Counted from the first letter of the whole stretch, positions 45,825-59,482 are shown. The stretch is DNA of 63,729 nt, filler included, from Octopus bimaculoides (GCF_001194135.2; 4 parts of 4 records of this genome joined end to end with filler, not necessarily neighbours in it), one strand, 5' to 3'. The notes: generated from the letters alone by a model not told the origin. Numbers and translations: made by a program.

Positions 45825-46502
45825 CATAATAAGATATATTACACAGAAAGGAAAGAGAGAATTAGAAAAGAATCCTACAGGAGAGTTAGATCAATTTTAA
45901 AAATTGAAGACAACAGAAGAAATATGATAATAAGTATAAACACACTAGCTATCTTTGATCATAAAGAACAAGTTAAATGAAGCGAAAGACTTAGACCTTC
46001 ATTTCATTAAGCCTAGAAAAAAAACAAACAAAAAAAACAAACTAAAGCGTAACTACAAGCGTTCTTTTAACGTTAAATTTTCAGTCTTAGTTGTAATTTT
46101 CATTGTACAACTGTAAGCTTGGTCTGTTTACTTTTCACTTTGTTTTTCTTATCCTATTTTTGTGTTTAAAAAGATTGAGGTTATATACTTGTTTCGATTA
46201 TTCAGGTTACTTCTAGCACAACCGAGCCGTGCACCTTCTCCTACTTCTAAAGTGGCCAACGCGAGTGAATATTGTAAATGATTCTAAGCAGAAAAAATAC
46301 GCAATTTCAAAACAATGTTTTCATGAACTTTTTTTCCACCCCAGAATAACAGGATGGGCGTTCGATATTCAGAAGCCCTTATAAGTAAAGTGGAAAAAAT
46401 ATGTGGTGAATCTAATAAAAATGCATTTTTCGGTGAAACTCTGAGAAAACTTTCGTTTGCTTCAACACTGAATATTCAACAACAGCAATAATAATGGTTT
46501 CT

Positions 46503-47275
46503 TATTTAGGCACAAGACCAGCAATTTTGAAGTGATGAGTTATTTAATGCTATCGATTTCCGTAATTGGATCTTTTTTAAAACGGGGGCCACATTTTTCT
46601 TTAATATTTTACGTAGTGTTTTTGGTACCGAAAGACTTTCAAACTTCGTATACTTATCTATTTTGTGTTATAGAACAGAAAAATATTTTTGTATTCGAAT
46701 TTATTTCATGTAAAAAATTGTCTTATTTCGATAATTTCAACCAATCACTGACAAGTATTCAGTTGTTTACATTTACTCCCTTTGGCTGATTAAGCGATGT
46801 AAAGCGTATTTAATTTCCATAGCTTCGTTTTGCTTTTTTCTTTTTAAATTTGCTGTTTTACCCTAACCCTAACCCTAACCCTATCACCGATAGAATTGTT
46901 TCAGAATCGTTTGTTTATGTAGTCGGCACTTAATGTATATCGGCTGAATGGACGTCAGTGATTGGTTGAAATTACAGAAATACGACCACTTTAACATGGA
47001 ATAAGTTAGGGATTTCTTTTTTTTTTTAAGAAGACTAAGAGAAAAAGATGTTTTATATGACACATTCTACCAGTGTTCCAAGTTTCAAAGTGTTTCGTTA
47101 ATGAAAAATGTGGCCCCCGTTTTAAAAAAGATCCCAGTAATTAACTGGTAATTTATTTTAACGATACCCGGAAGGATAAAAGATAAAGTTGACCTCGGCC
47201 AAATTTGAACTCCGAACGTAAAGAGCCAAAAAAAGAAATGCTTCCACACAGGGTATTCAATGTTTTAACGATTTT
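46503..47275 (-). mobile_element. Family C SINE split by a MITE (46503-46567 and 47135-47275)
   Basis: The two halves rejoin into a colinear SINE once 46568-47134 is removed. Confidence 0.75.
46568..47134. mobile_element. MITE with perfect 32-bp TIRs, inner 21-bp inverted repeat and central (CCCTAA)4
   Basis: TIR ggatcttttttaaaacgggggccacatttttc at both ends; probable 8-bp TSD ccgtaatt/cagtaatt; inner IR 46732-46752 / 46954-46974; telomeric hexamers at 46861-46883. Confidence 0.9.
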
Positions 47276-47901
47276 ACCATTCCAGCAACGATAACACTTT
47301 GCTAATAAATTTACATAAAAGGAAAAAGCGAACGGTATGATTATTAGTCAGCCAATAGTGATAATATTGAATTTATATAAATGTTCCTTCTCGGGAAGGT
47401 GAACCTCATGAATGGTAATTATATCTTGATGTGCAGAATATAACTTAGAATATTTTCACGCATATCTTCCAAAAGCATTTTATAGAATACAAAAATTAAC
47501 AAACTTCGAGCACTCTGGCAAATGATGTATATTTAGCAATGTTTGTAAATACTGGTGCTGACTTGATCACAGCTATTTTAATGTGATGATTTGATGATTG
47601 GTACACTTCACACTTAGAGAGTTCACAGCACATTTCCTATTAAATGTTGCAGCACATAGCACTAGAGGCGTTGACAACCGGCTACTGACCTCTGTAGAAG
47701 TAGTCACTCAAGCTATTTTTCATGTATAGATCCTGCTAAACGAGGGTCTATAAGCTAATCAAAAGTCGAAGAGATCTATCGATTTCAATAAATTTTAAAG
47801 TTAAAATTGACTCCAGTCTCCTTGGCGAATCTGATTCACCCTGTGTCGATCTAGTTTTTAATATATAGAGTTGTGTACTTTCGATCAGCTATCATTTACA
47901 G

Positions 47902-49290
47902 CAGAGATTCCCAAACCTTTTCGGACTGCCGTCCCCTTTGTTCCCAGGCCATATTCTTAGAACCTTCCCTCACACACCACACTACTATAAACATAGATCT
48001 CTTCCTACTGCAAATTCAAAACAACTGTATTTCACAAATAAAATTCAACCTAGTTAACCCATTATTTTACTATTTTTGCAATATGAAAGAAAAAAATTTA
48101 CATCTCACTTCTAATTACGTTGTTATCACTTCCAACATCAGGCTGAGAGACACTAAAAGGTAGTCTTAGATTCCCGCGTTCAGTAATTTTCAATCTGGTT
48201 TTACTATGGTTAGAAAGCTGGGCAGCTGTACTGAAGGCCCGCTCTACCGAATATGACGTTGGGAGGGCAATAAAGTACATCTTGACTTTATTCCACTGTT
48301 CAAGGTAGTAGTCAGAAATGTCCTTTTGCAATAAAAAAAATCCTGATATGATTTTTTAAAAACTTTGGCCTCAGTTCTTCCACTATTATTCTTCTTTCCT
48401 CATTACACATATCTAGGAATCACTCAGACTGGTGTATTTTAATCAAAAATAAACATCGTGAAGTTTGTCAGATATGTTGCTGTGTGAACATTATACTTGT
48501 ATGTCATCTTCTAGAATGCACTTTTCCTTCTTAAATTCAGAGATGCTCTGAAACTGGAAGAACTAACGACGGCTTGGTTTACATTTGAATAACTTGGACA
48601 GAAACGTGGAGAGAGCTGATTTTACCTTGATAAGATTCAACCGCATTTCTTTGCAGTTTGAAATTAATTTCATTGAGCTTTGTGAGTCCTGCTTGATGCT
48701 GTTTAGTTCATCACAATGAAGAAAATTAGAGTCGTGCAAGAATTCAACAACTCTTTTAAAAAGGAAAAGAAACTTTCAGGCAATTTCCCTTTCCCATCCA
48801 CTGAACTTCTGTCTGCAGTAATTATTTTAAATCTTTATCATTCTCAATGCAGAGCTGTTGAAACAATGGGGAGTTGAGAGCAGGTGCCTTGATTTTATTT
48901 GCTGCTGTAATAACTGCTCAATTATTTGTATATTTACCACTTAGGTTGTTTGCTAAATATGCAAGCGCACTAGTTATGATATTTTCAGTAAAGTAAGGCA
49001 CGGAGCTGGCAGAAACGTTAGCACACCGAGCGAAATGCTTAGCAATATTTCGTCTGTCATTACGTTCTGAGTTCAAATTCTGCCGAGGTCGACTTTGCTT
49101 TTCATCCTTCCGGAGTCGATAAATTAAGTACTAGTTGCCTACTGGGTCGATCTAATAGACTGGCTCCCTCCCCATAAGTCTCGGGCCTTGTGCCAAGAGT
49201 AGAAAAGAATATTTTCAGTAAAGTGATGAAGCAGGCAGCGATGACAACCTGGTGTTACATCTGTTCAAAAGCGAAATACTTAGCATTAAC
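47902..49290 (-). mobile_element. hAT Charlie/ZBED5-like transposon relic (3' part plus one TIR)
   Basis: TIR CAGAGATTCCCAAACC; minus frames give VITAANKIKAPALNSPLFQQLC..TEVQW..GNCL, KLNEINFKLQ, YFIALPTSYSVERAFS..RLKITERGNLRL. Confidence 0.85.
48995..49208 (+). mobile_element. Full-length family C tRNA-derived SINE with 16-bp TSD
   Basis: A-box TGGCAGAAACG, B-box GAGTTCAAATTC, central GTCGACTTTGCTTTTCATCCTTCCGGAGTCGATAAA (resembles the Meta-SINE core); TSD atattttcagtaaagt at 48979-48994 and 49209-49224. Confidence 0.93.
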
Positions 49291-50214
49291 ACTTTTTTGT
49301 ATCTGTTCCAAGTATGTTTGAGAAAATATGGATTAAAAACTTTATTTCGAAGAAAATCCACTCATAGGTATTTTGAAATATGGAACACTTAAGAAATGTA
49401 GANNNNNNNNNNNNNNNNNNNNNNNNNNNNNNNNNNNNNNNNNNNNNNNNNNNNNNNNNNNNNNNNNNNNNNNNNNNNNNNNNNNNNNNNNNNNNNNNNN
49501 NNNNNNNNNNNNNNNNNNNNNNNNNNNNNNNNNNNNNNNNNNNNNNNNNNNNNNNNNNNNNNNNNNNNNNNNNNNNNNNNNNNNNNNNNNNNNNNNNNNN
49601 NNNNNNNNNNNNNNNNNNNNNNNNNNNNNNNNNNNNNNNNNNNNNNNNNNNNNNNNNNNNNNNNNNNNNNNNNNNNNNNNNNNNNNNNNNNNNNNNNNNN
49701 NNNNNNNNNNNNNNNNNNNNNNNNNNNNNNNNNNNNNNNNNNNNNNNNNNNNNNNNNNNNNNNNNNNNNNNNNNNNNNNNNNNNNNNNNNNNNNNNNNNN
49801 NNNNNNNNNNNNNNNNNNNNNNNNNNNNNNNNNNNNNNNNNNNNNNNNNNNNNNNNNNNNNNNNNNNNNNNNNNNNNNNNNNNNNNNNNNNNNNNNNNNN
49901 NNNNNNNNNNNNNNNNNNNNNNNNNNNNNNNNNNNNNNNNNNNNNNNNNNNNNNNNNNNNNNNNNNNNNNNNNNNNNNNNNNNNNNNNNNNNNNNNNNNN
50001 NNNNNNNNNNNNNNNNNNNNNNNNNNNNNNNNNNNNNNNNNNNNNNNNNNNNNNNNNNNNNNNNNNNNNNNNNNNNNNNNNNNNNNNNNNNNNNNNNNNN
50101 NNNNNNNNNNNNNNNNNNNNNNNNNNNNNNNNNNNNNNNNNNNNNNNNNNNNNNNNNNNNNNNNNACGCAGTTAATTTCTTATATATATATATATATATA
50201 TATATAAACAATAT

Positions 50215-50450
50215 ATGAGTATATGCATATATATGTACATGTATGTATATACGTTCATCTACATGTACATATAGATACATAACTGGGTACATGACGTGGC
50301 AAAAGAACGAGGACAAAATGGTAAACAAGGTGCAACAAACAAGCAGGCCACATAGAAACATCCCCTTCATCAGCTGCCACCATTAAAACTCCGGCGTTTC
50401 GAAGAATTAAGGCAGTACGCATCGTTAAAATGGTTCTTCCCACGAACACA
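50215..50450 (-). repeat. Inverted sister copy of the 5002-5180 repeat
   Basis: Reverse complement reads TTCGAAACGCCGGAGTTTTAATGGTGGCAGCTGATGAAGGGG plus the same downstream body. Confidence 0.75.
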
Positions 50451-53400
50451 AATTAAATTGTTTTCGTGGAGGGTAGTGGCGGACGGAAAACAATATATAT
50501 GCATGCATACATACATATTTATGTGTGTGTATGTATATGTATGCATATATTCTTTTAATTTTGTAGTTGTTGCTACTCTTGTCGTCATTATTGTTGTTGA
50601 CGTTGCTCTTGGTTAGTAATATAGCTTTCTAGGGAATTTCCTTGGCAATTTTACCACCAGTTTCATCAGTAAACTGTTCGTGTTCTTTATTTATTTTCTT
50701 CTTTGTTCTTGTTTTGAGGAGAAAAGCAACTTCATGCAACAATTTACAGATCTATTTTTAAGGACTGTTTTCTAAACCTGAGAAAGTTAAGTTGGTGAGC
50801 ATTGCCAATAAACGCCACCGTTTTGGTCACCCTATTATCGCCCCGTTTTCCTTCGCTCCCCACCATTCTCGATCATCCCACCTCTCCCGAGAGAGTGCGG
50901 TATCACGCACTCTGTGAACTACTGACTTAAAGTATATATCAACTCAAATAGAAGCTAGTGATAAGCCTAAAATATGTGAAAAAAAAAAAGACCCAAATTT
51001 ATATCAGCATATTCTTGCTTTAGGCATAGATATATCTCCGTATTCCAGATACTATAACCATTCGCACTCAATATTCCAATCTTGATGATAACGTTTGTTC
51101 ATTACTGCTGTTGGTGCACCTCTTCTCTGAAATACTTAGCCAAGAACTAGTAGTAATCATTGTTTTCATTCAGAGCCAGTGGCAGTCCAGTAAACAGTTT
51201 TAATTCTACGAGGAACTTCTATCATACAAAGCTAGGGGATTGGCTGTTGGGCTCCATACTGTAGTTTAATTTTTGTAGCAACACGTTGTTTGGAATTATA
51301 CAGGCATGTATGTGTCTCTCATCCTCTTAATTACAGCGTGCTATCATTTACAAAGCCTTTCGTAAGTTACTCGCTATCGCCTTCTTTGCTATACTATTAA
51401 ACTACCAAACTTAGCTGATGTCGTTTAAAGGCTGCTTAATATTCACACAAGTTTAACGCTTATGAAGTGCTGTCTCCAGCCTTTTCAATATTTCATTTCA
51501 TACTCAAGCCACTGTTAATACAAAGAAAAGAGTAGTTAGATCTTTCATCTGCACACTAATAATGCAGTCAGAAGAAGAACTGTACTCTGCACCTATTTCA
51601 GGGTTTCGGGGACTGGTGGAAAGAAGGGAACAAGTTATCTTCAAAGCGGACACCTAACTCGAATACGTGACAGAAGTCTGCTAAATGAATCTAAGGTCCA
51701 CATGGTGGAATAAAATCTGGTGATGGATTAAGTCTACCACACAGGAATGGTCCCATCTGCAGGCTTCCGCACAGTTTTTTATCTACACAATTTCACTCGC
51801 AAAGTTCGAATCGAACTGATTTATGTAGAAAATACGTGTTCAAGATGCCGTGGAATATGATCGAACTCAAAACAACATAGTTCCGAAGCAATTTTTTTAA
51901 ACCACACGACTACATATTTTACAAACCAACTGCTACTGGGAATAGCAATTTATCACGAACGTTAGTCACGAGGGGTTTACTTCTATTCTTTAAAGTATGC
52001 TTAGCTATTGTATATCAGAAAAAATCGGACACTGTGTATTTTGTTAGAATGGTTTTATTTACATTTTTTCTTTTTGAAATTTCGACTGTGAGGAGTTATT
52101 GTTAAGTACATGTTTAAAGAATGAAGGAGGGTCAACACCGAAAATAGTATAGGATTATTTCTCCACGCTCTTGCATATCATAAGTAGGACATTGTTCATT
52201 CATTCATTCATTTATTGGATCTCAATAGGGAAAGATTTTTTTTCCTCACCTGTGTGAATGTCTTTTTACACAAAGGATTTCAGGAAGGTGGTAGTTTGCT
52301 AAGGGCAAGTGAATAGTTGAAGCTTTAAAAGTAATTGCTTCGGTATGCTAAAGGCGAGGGCATGGACAGTAGCATGACGAGAAAGAAGATAACGATTAGT
52401 GAAGGGCGTTGTTGGTGGGAAACAGACTAAGAAATCATTTACTTGAATTACATTTAAGCACGACCGAGCCGGGGATTGATTTAGAAACAATAGCAACAGC
52501 AGAATTTAGTTAAAGACTCACTGAAAGTAACTAATAATAGAAAAGCAAATTAGATAAGGAGAGATTTTAATACTTATGTGACCTTAGTAACAGAGGTGCA
52601 GTGCTTACAGAAGATTTTTATTTATTGTATTTTGAGGACAGTACTGTTGGTGGTAAGGGCAATGGTGGTGATGGTGGTGGTAGTGGCATTATCGAGTTGA
52701 TTTTGGATATGGTAGGGATTATTGTGATGAAGGTGGTGGTGGTGCTTTTGACGGTGGTGGTGGTGTTGACGTTTTTTTCTGTTGGTGGTTGTTATGATGG
52801 TAGTAGTGGTTAGTGGTGGTGATAGAATTGATAATGGCTTTACCACAAGAGATTGTTGCCGAGTTGATTTTCACCGGTGCACCAGCATGACCGCAGCCAC
52901 TTGGCTGAAACGCATAAATAAATAAATAAAAATAGGGGTGTCAGGTTTATTGTCAGGTGTGTTTATTTATATACAGCAATGATGTTGGTTGTGATAATGC
53001 TCCAGTTAGTGGTGTCGAATGAGACTGTTAAATTTGCTACTTGTTGAGGTAGTGATTGTAGTGAGAGGAGAAGGAAGTAATAGCTTGTGATGGCGGTGGT
53101 ACTGACGGCGGTGCTGTCGTCTGGCACAAATTGTATATCATGCAAAACCAATTGGCAGGTATCCGATATCGATGTCACACAATAGCTGGACTTGCATGGA
53201 ATGTTCGACATCAATGAACGAGAATATATGATACAGGACTGGAGACATTAGGTCGCTTAAGAAACACAGAAGAAAAGAAATAGCATATCTCTAGATTGGT
53301 GAGACGGAGAGTTCAATCAAAACAGCCCAAACGAGTAGTAAAAAGATCTTCTAATTGAAGTAATCAGCGCAATTTTTTTAAAAGTTATAGTACTTCCCTT

Positions 53401-53735
53401 TTTAAGCGGAACCCTAAGAGTATCACAATATCATTAAATATAGATGTTATAGCAAATCAACGAGGGGGTCATTCAGTAAGATGCAATCAAAAGGTTTAGC
53501 TGGTAAAAATAACAGCCAAACCCAATGCTGTCTTAAAAGGAACCTCACCAGCCTAGGGGCCCAAAGTTAAACAATGTATGCTATAAGTTACTGTCAATAA
53601 ATAGATATTATAGTCCCTAATGTATTGGTTTGCTCTGGTACTTATAACATTGTTAAGATGGCCCTGGGTCAGTCCTCGTAAATTATATCTTACTTTCATC
53701 ATTATCATCATCATCAAGAACAACAATTACAACAG

Positions 53736-53784
<49 letters not shown>
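53736..53784. repeat. (TAC)n microsatellite
   Basis: Direct reading. Confidence 0.95.
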
Positions 53785-53804
53785 ATAAAAATGTCACTCC
53801 CTGC

Positions 53805-53841
<37 letters not shown>

Positions 53842-53893
53842 TGTATGTATATAGAGATAAACAAATAAACAAGCTTGGGCTTGATATATTAAA

Positions 53894-54735
53894 TACTAGC
53901 AGAAATACCCGGCTTTGCCCGGGTTAAAGAGAACTCTCCAATCCATGCCAGCATGGAACATAGACATTAAGTGGAATGCCAGTCTCTCATCTAGGAGGGC
54001 CTTGAAATCTATGTTACCAACTGGGGACTATGTGTGTCGTAGTGATAATAAAAAGACCCAAAGGATGTCTGCAACGAAATAATTTTACTCAACACTTTGC
54101 AAGTGAATCAGTGGAGGCAAAGATGCGTGAAAGGGTAGTCTTACACTGTTGTACCGTTGAATTACAAATAATGCTCATCTGTTATGTTCGGGTTAAAATT
54201 TCATCAACATCAAAAATATATGAATTTTCATGGGAGTTATGGCCGTTATACATAGAATATAATTTCCAAATTTCATAAAGATTCGTTCAGTNNNNNNNNN
54301 NNNNNNNNNNNNNNNNNNNNNNNNNNNNNNNNNNNNNNNNNNNNNNNNNNNNNNNNNNNNNNNNNNNNNNNNNNNNNNNNNNNNNNNNNNNNNNNNNNNN
54401 NNNNNNNNNNNNNNNNNNNNNNNNNNNNNNNNNNNNNNNNNNNNNNNNNNNNNNNNNNNNNNNNNNNNNNNNNNNNNNNNNNNNNNNNNNNNNNNNNNNN
54501 NNNNNNNNNNNNNNNNNNNNNNNNNNNNNNNNNNNNNNNNNNNNNNNNNNNNNNNNNNNNNNNNNNNNNNNNNNNNNNNNNNNNNNNNNNNNNNNNNNNN
54601 NNNNNNNNNNNNNNNNNNNNNNNNNNNNNNNNNNNNNNNNNNNNNNNNNNNNNNNNNNNNNNNNNNNNNNNNNNNNNNNNNNNNNNNNNNNNNNNNNNNN
54701 NNNNNNNNNNNNNNNNNNNNNNNNNNNNNNNNNNN

Positions 54736-54774
<39 letters not shown>

Positions 54775-55089
54775 GAAAGTATCTGTCATTACAGTATCGA
54801 AATGTGATTGTTTCAGTTAGTAGAATAGTTTCATTTTTAAAGTGAAAGTATTTGACATGAGTGTTTTTGTTTCACTTTTGACACGTAATACTTAAATAGT
54901 GGAGGAGATATTATGTTGCTGTGGGCTCGAACTCTGCAAGAAGTTAAAATTTTTTTGACTAAAACACAACTGGAACCCTAAGTAAGGCATGTGTAAAATT
55001 TGAATGAAATTGGTTGCGTAGTTCTCGAGTTTTAGGGATTCACACAGACAGACAGACAGACACACATTCTCATTTTTATATATATAGAT
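53894..55089 (+). mobile_element. Non-autonomous Helitron/Helentron-like (Lep1/HINE-style) ends, spanning a gap
   Basis: 5' TACTAGC..ACCCGG-ctttgc-CCGGGT hairpin; 3' AAATTGGTTGCGTAG..(GACA)n..TTTTATATATATAGAT; a similar 5' end occurs at 32228-32260. The two ends may belong to different copies. Confidence 0.5.
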
Positions 55090-55366
55090 ACACACATATA
55101 TACACGCAAATAGAGAGAAACGAAGACAAAAATATTTAGATAATGAACATTCATGTATAAATAGTTATTTATATATTAACAGAGCAGTTTTACGCAGAGT
55201 ATAAAGATAAAGAAAACTAAGGAGAGATAGTATGGTATTACATGACTGACAGCTGTTTCTGGGGTTCGTCATGACGTAATAAATATTTCGGAGTGTAAGT
55301 TCCAATCCTTTGAGCGCTATAAAGTGTTTTCTATATTGAGCATCTCTGGATCTCACCTGTTAACTG

Positions 55367-55414
<48 letters not shown>

Positions 55415-55703
55415 NNNNNNNNNNNNNNNNNNNNNNNNNNNNNNNNNNNNNNNNNNNNTTAATTAATTAANNNNNNNNNNNNNNNNNNNNNNNNNNNNNN
55501 NNNNNNNNNNNNNNTATATATATATATATATACATGCAGTCTCGAAAATAACCAGCCGAAACTGCAAAGATAATATGGAACTCGACTGACGAAAGAAAAC
55601 TCCGAATGACCCGTCCTTGTTTTTTCTTGTCGCTTTTTGTATCATCTGTCTGGATGTTTTGTTGTCGCCTGTTCCGTTCTAGTCACATTTTTTATATTCT
55701 TTT

Positions 55704-55738
<35 letters not shown>

Positions 55739-56299
55739 GTGTGTATGCAATTACATACCCACTGGTTTTCAATGTGCGACTGTAAAGAACTATACACACA
55801 CACAGGTGCGCAATAATTCACGAATACGTACTTGTGCTTTCAGCCACACATTCACATACAGCCATACATATATAATAAATAACACTGTATTGTACTTCCG
55901 TTATATGGTAATCTCAAAAAATGTCACTGGTCAATATTTGAAAGCCTAAGAAAAAGATTATTTATGAGAATATCGTGGATTAACTTCAATTTTTATCTTC
56001 TCTAGAAGAATTCTTTTACATAGTTCAACGTCCCTTACTGGTTTTACTGTCTCTCACTATGTAGACACGCATACACGTATATATGTATATATATATATGC
56101 GCGTGCGCGTGTGTACACACATTAGTAGTAGCGAACAAAAGAAAATGTACTCAAATGTTGAATATGAATAATTTAACTTGATCACCATAATCCTCTTCAG
56201 TAGACCTAATTATTTGTCTATTTATATACATATATGTATGCATGTGTGAGTATATAAATATATGTATATACATAGATACAAGCATACACACACACACAT

Positions 56300-56338
<39 letters not shown>

Positions 56339-57276
56339 TACACATGTATATATATATGTATATCCATATACATATATATATACATACATATACATATATG
56401 TGTGTGTGTATATTATGTATGTATATATGTATGTGTATATGAATATGTTCTTATGTATACATGTGTATATATAAATATATAGAAATCCATAATTATACGT
56501 ATATACTCACAGCATTAATAATATATTACATATATGTGGTACAAAGAATTAATACTTTGTTCTACTATTGCATATTCCATTTTTAGCTTTTCTTCTGTGT
56601 AAAAAACTTCTCCACTCATTCACTTTTAGGAATATGTATCACAGCTCCACATTCTTCTTGCTTCTCCCTTACCTCAGCTACAATTTTTTATTGGTTCCTC
56701 ACCATCCTTTGGAAACTCTATCAAGCCTCTCCAAACATTTTGCCAGTGCCTTGTAGTTCTCTTTGCCTTATTCTTTAACATTTCTTGTTACAGAACTCCA
56801 TCCTTTTTTCTTTCCTTTTTTATTATTTCATCCGTTTAAAGGTGTTTCAGACTCACCTTGCATGCACATCTATCACACCATCTACGTTCTTCTTCTTCTT
56901 CTTCTTCTTCCCTTTCTTTTTACCTCACATACGCGCCCTCCTCAAACATCGTCACACCCACGCTTTCTTCATACGCACTTAACCATTACACACAAACACA
57001 CATGTACCAACACCTCACATCCCACTCACCCACGCACTATATTTCTGCAGTTATGCACTTCTAGACGTATGCACACACCCTGCAAATCCCACTAACCACC
57101 CTATCCATTCATTTTCCAGCTTCTAGATAAATATCCTTCCCTACTTGCACATACACACCCACCTCCTCCTCTTTTAACTCTCCCCTATAGAACCGTATTC
57201 TCATCGCTTGTTTATTTTTCTCTTCTCTCGCGGACTATTTTTTCCTTCTCACTCCCACTACGCTTTTCTCATTTTT

Positions 57277-57309
57277 CTGATGAAGGACAGAAGTCCGAAA
57301 CATTAAGTC
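57277..57309 (+). ncRNA. Minimal hammerhead-ribozyme-like core (helix I not evident)
   Basis: CTGATGA A GGAC-AGAA-GTCC GAAA C-ATTAA-G TC; flanks are not complementary. Confidence 0.5.
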
Positions 57310-57559
57310 TCTTTCTCTCCCCGTTTACGCATAAAATTAAAACTGTATTTGTTAAACCATGTGACAAGATTCAAACATTATATTTCCACTACGCTAAATA
57401 ACTTCATCTGTTATATCATCCTTTCCTGGGTCATTCTTGAACTGATCTGTATAATAGCAATTTTAATTTCCTCTATGCTAGGATTATTACCCGTTTCTCT
57501 AGTAACTATGGAATATTCTCAACTATTGTGAATGGATTGTGAGAAAGATCTGCAAAATA

Positions 57560-58330
57560 CACTATTGTCTTTTCAGAATATCTTCAGCATCACTGATTAA
57601 TGTAGATCCAATTTTGGGAACGGACAAGAGAAATAGTTGATTAGCGAAAACCAAATTTCTAATTTAACAAGCTATTTTGGCGAGCGGTGAACAAACAGAA
57701 TCGTAAGTAGTAGGCGAGGACCACAACTGTTCATTTCATCTATACCAATGCGTCTCAAACTATAAACCAGCATTGCAGTCATGCTCTGTTCTGGTATGAT
57801 TTTGTTACATTTCAGTGTGGAAGTAACGACATCTTTGAAATTCATCTAGAAAAGTAAAAGTAATTTTTTTACTGAGTGATGGCGCTGGTACATGAATATG
57901 AAAGAAAGTTCCATGAATACCACAAGACACCGGTAAACGGAATTTAAAGATTCAGTCATTCACATAGGATGATCACTCATCTGGTCTAACAGCTAGGTTC
58001 TTTCTGATCATAAAACCAATATTGTTCTTCTATTTCTCATCTGTCAGTTTGCCAACCCAAAAGACGCTATTGCCACGTTCTATTTTACTTAGTTGGTGTT
58101 TCCTTGATAATCATGTTTCAGAAAGGGCAGCAATATCGATCTCATATTGATTAAGCTCTTCAGCAACGAGTACGGCCTTCTGGTCATCTGGCTTTACGTG
58201 AGTTAATAGAGCTCACACATTCCAACAACACATCTGTGCATCTATCCTATGTTTACGTTTGCACATTTGTTCTTTCCACTGAAATTAAACAAACACCAGT
58301 CTCAGCTGGCCAGCTTGTAGAGTGGGTGAG
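57560..58330 (-). mobile_element. Decayed RTE LINE, apurinic-endonuclease region
   Basis: Minus frames give CWNV*ALL, EELNQYEIDIAALSET, RRIGIDEMNSCGPRLL. Confidence 0.75.
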
Positions 58331-58718
58331 CAGTGCACTCTTTAGATAAGGCTGCTCAGACATTGAGATTCCATCCAATTCTGTCAAGATCGAAGAAAAT
58401 AATTTTAAGATAATCCCTTGTCGCATAATGTGTAGGTTTGTAACTATGTTTCCAACACATCAAGCCTAGGTATTTCGCCACATAACCATTGCCGAAAGAT
58501 TTTGGATGGTTAGCATGAAAAATGTTGGTTGCTTTTTTTGTCTCAGAAAGTACTTTGACGTTGGATAGTAGTAGTTGTAAGAAGCATTATATACTGTAGT
58601 ACTGGACAGTACCAGTACCACGTAGATAGTCAGTGATAGATGATTGTACAGTGTTAACATTATTCTCTAAATCAGTAATCAGGGCCCAGTGACAAGAAAA
58701 GATAATGATAACTGATAA

Positions 58719-58770
58719 CATTGAGCAAGGCATTGAGCAAAGCATTGAGCAAGGCATTGAGCAAGGCATT
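58719..58770. repeat. 12-bp tandem repeat (cattgagcaagg) x4.3
   Basis: Units at 58719, 58731, 58743 and 58755. Confidence 0.92.
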
Positions 58771-59229
58771 TTATTTTTGCGTTACTCTAATCTAGACAGC
58801 TGAAAATTAGTACCAACGTCGGTTGATTGTCCAGCTATTCCTATTTCCAGCTGCCACATCCTTCATGTTTCACTGAATCAATCAAAGACGGGAGGATCGA
58901 GGTGGTGTCTGTGTCTGCTCACGACTACATAGGCACTTATAACAATTTACGAAAATGTTGTACAAGCTGCCAGGTCATGTGATAGTTGAGACCACATGCG
59001 CGCGCGCGTATGTGTTGTGTGTGTGTGTGTTGCATGTGTGTGTGTGTGAGTGTGTGTGTGTGTAAGAGAGAGAGAAGGAAAGAGAAAGAGAGAGTCTGTG
59101 TTTGTGTGCGTACTTACAATCAAATATAAACTATGCATGCACGCAACCAAAAGCACACGCAGACAAATACTTAGAGACACGCATAAACACTCACATGCAT
59201 ATATGTGTATGTATCTGTTTCTTCCTCGT

Positions 59230-59291
<62 letters not shown>

Positions 59292-59363
59292 NNNNNNNNN
59301 NNNNNNNNNNNNNNNNNNNNNNNNNNNNNNNNNNNNNNNNNNNNNNNNNNNNNNNNNNNNNNN

Positions 59364-59408
<45 letters not shown>

Positions 59409-59482
59409 CACGCACATATACATACACACATTTACATATGTATTTATACCTGCGTACACATACGCATATATGTATATATCTA

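Noticed and set aside
46861-46883. Interstitial telomere as a chromosome-fusion scar
   Set aside because: Only four units, one orientation, and enclosed by MITE TIRs.
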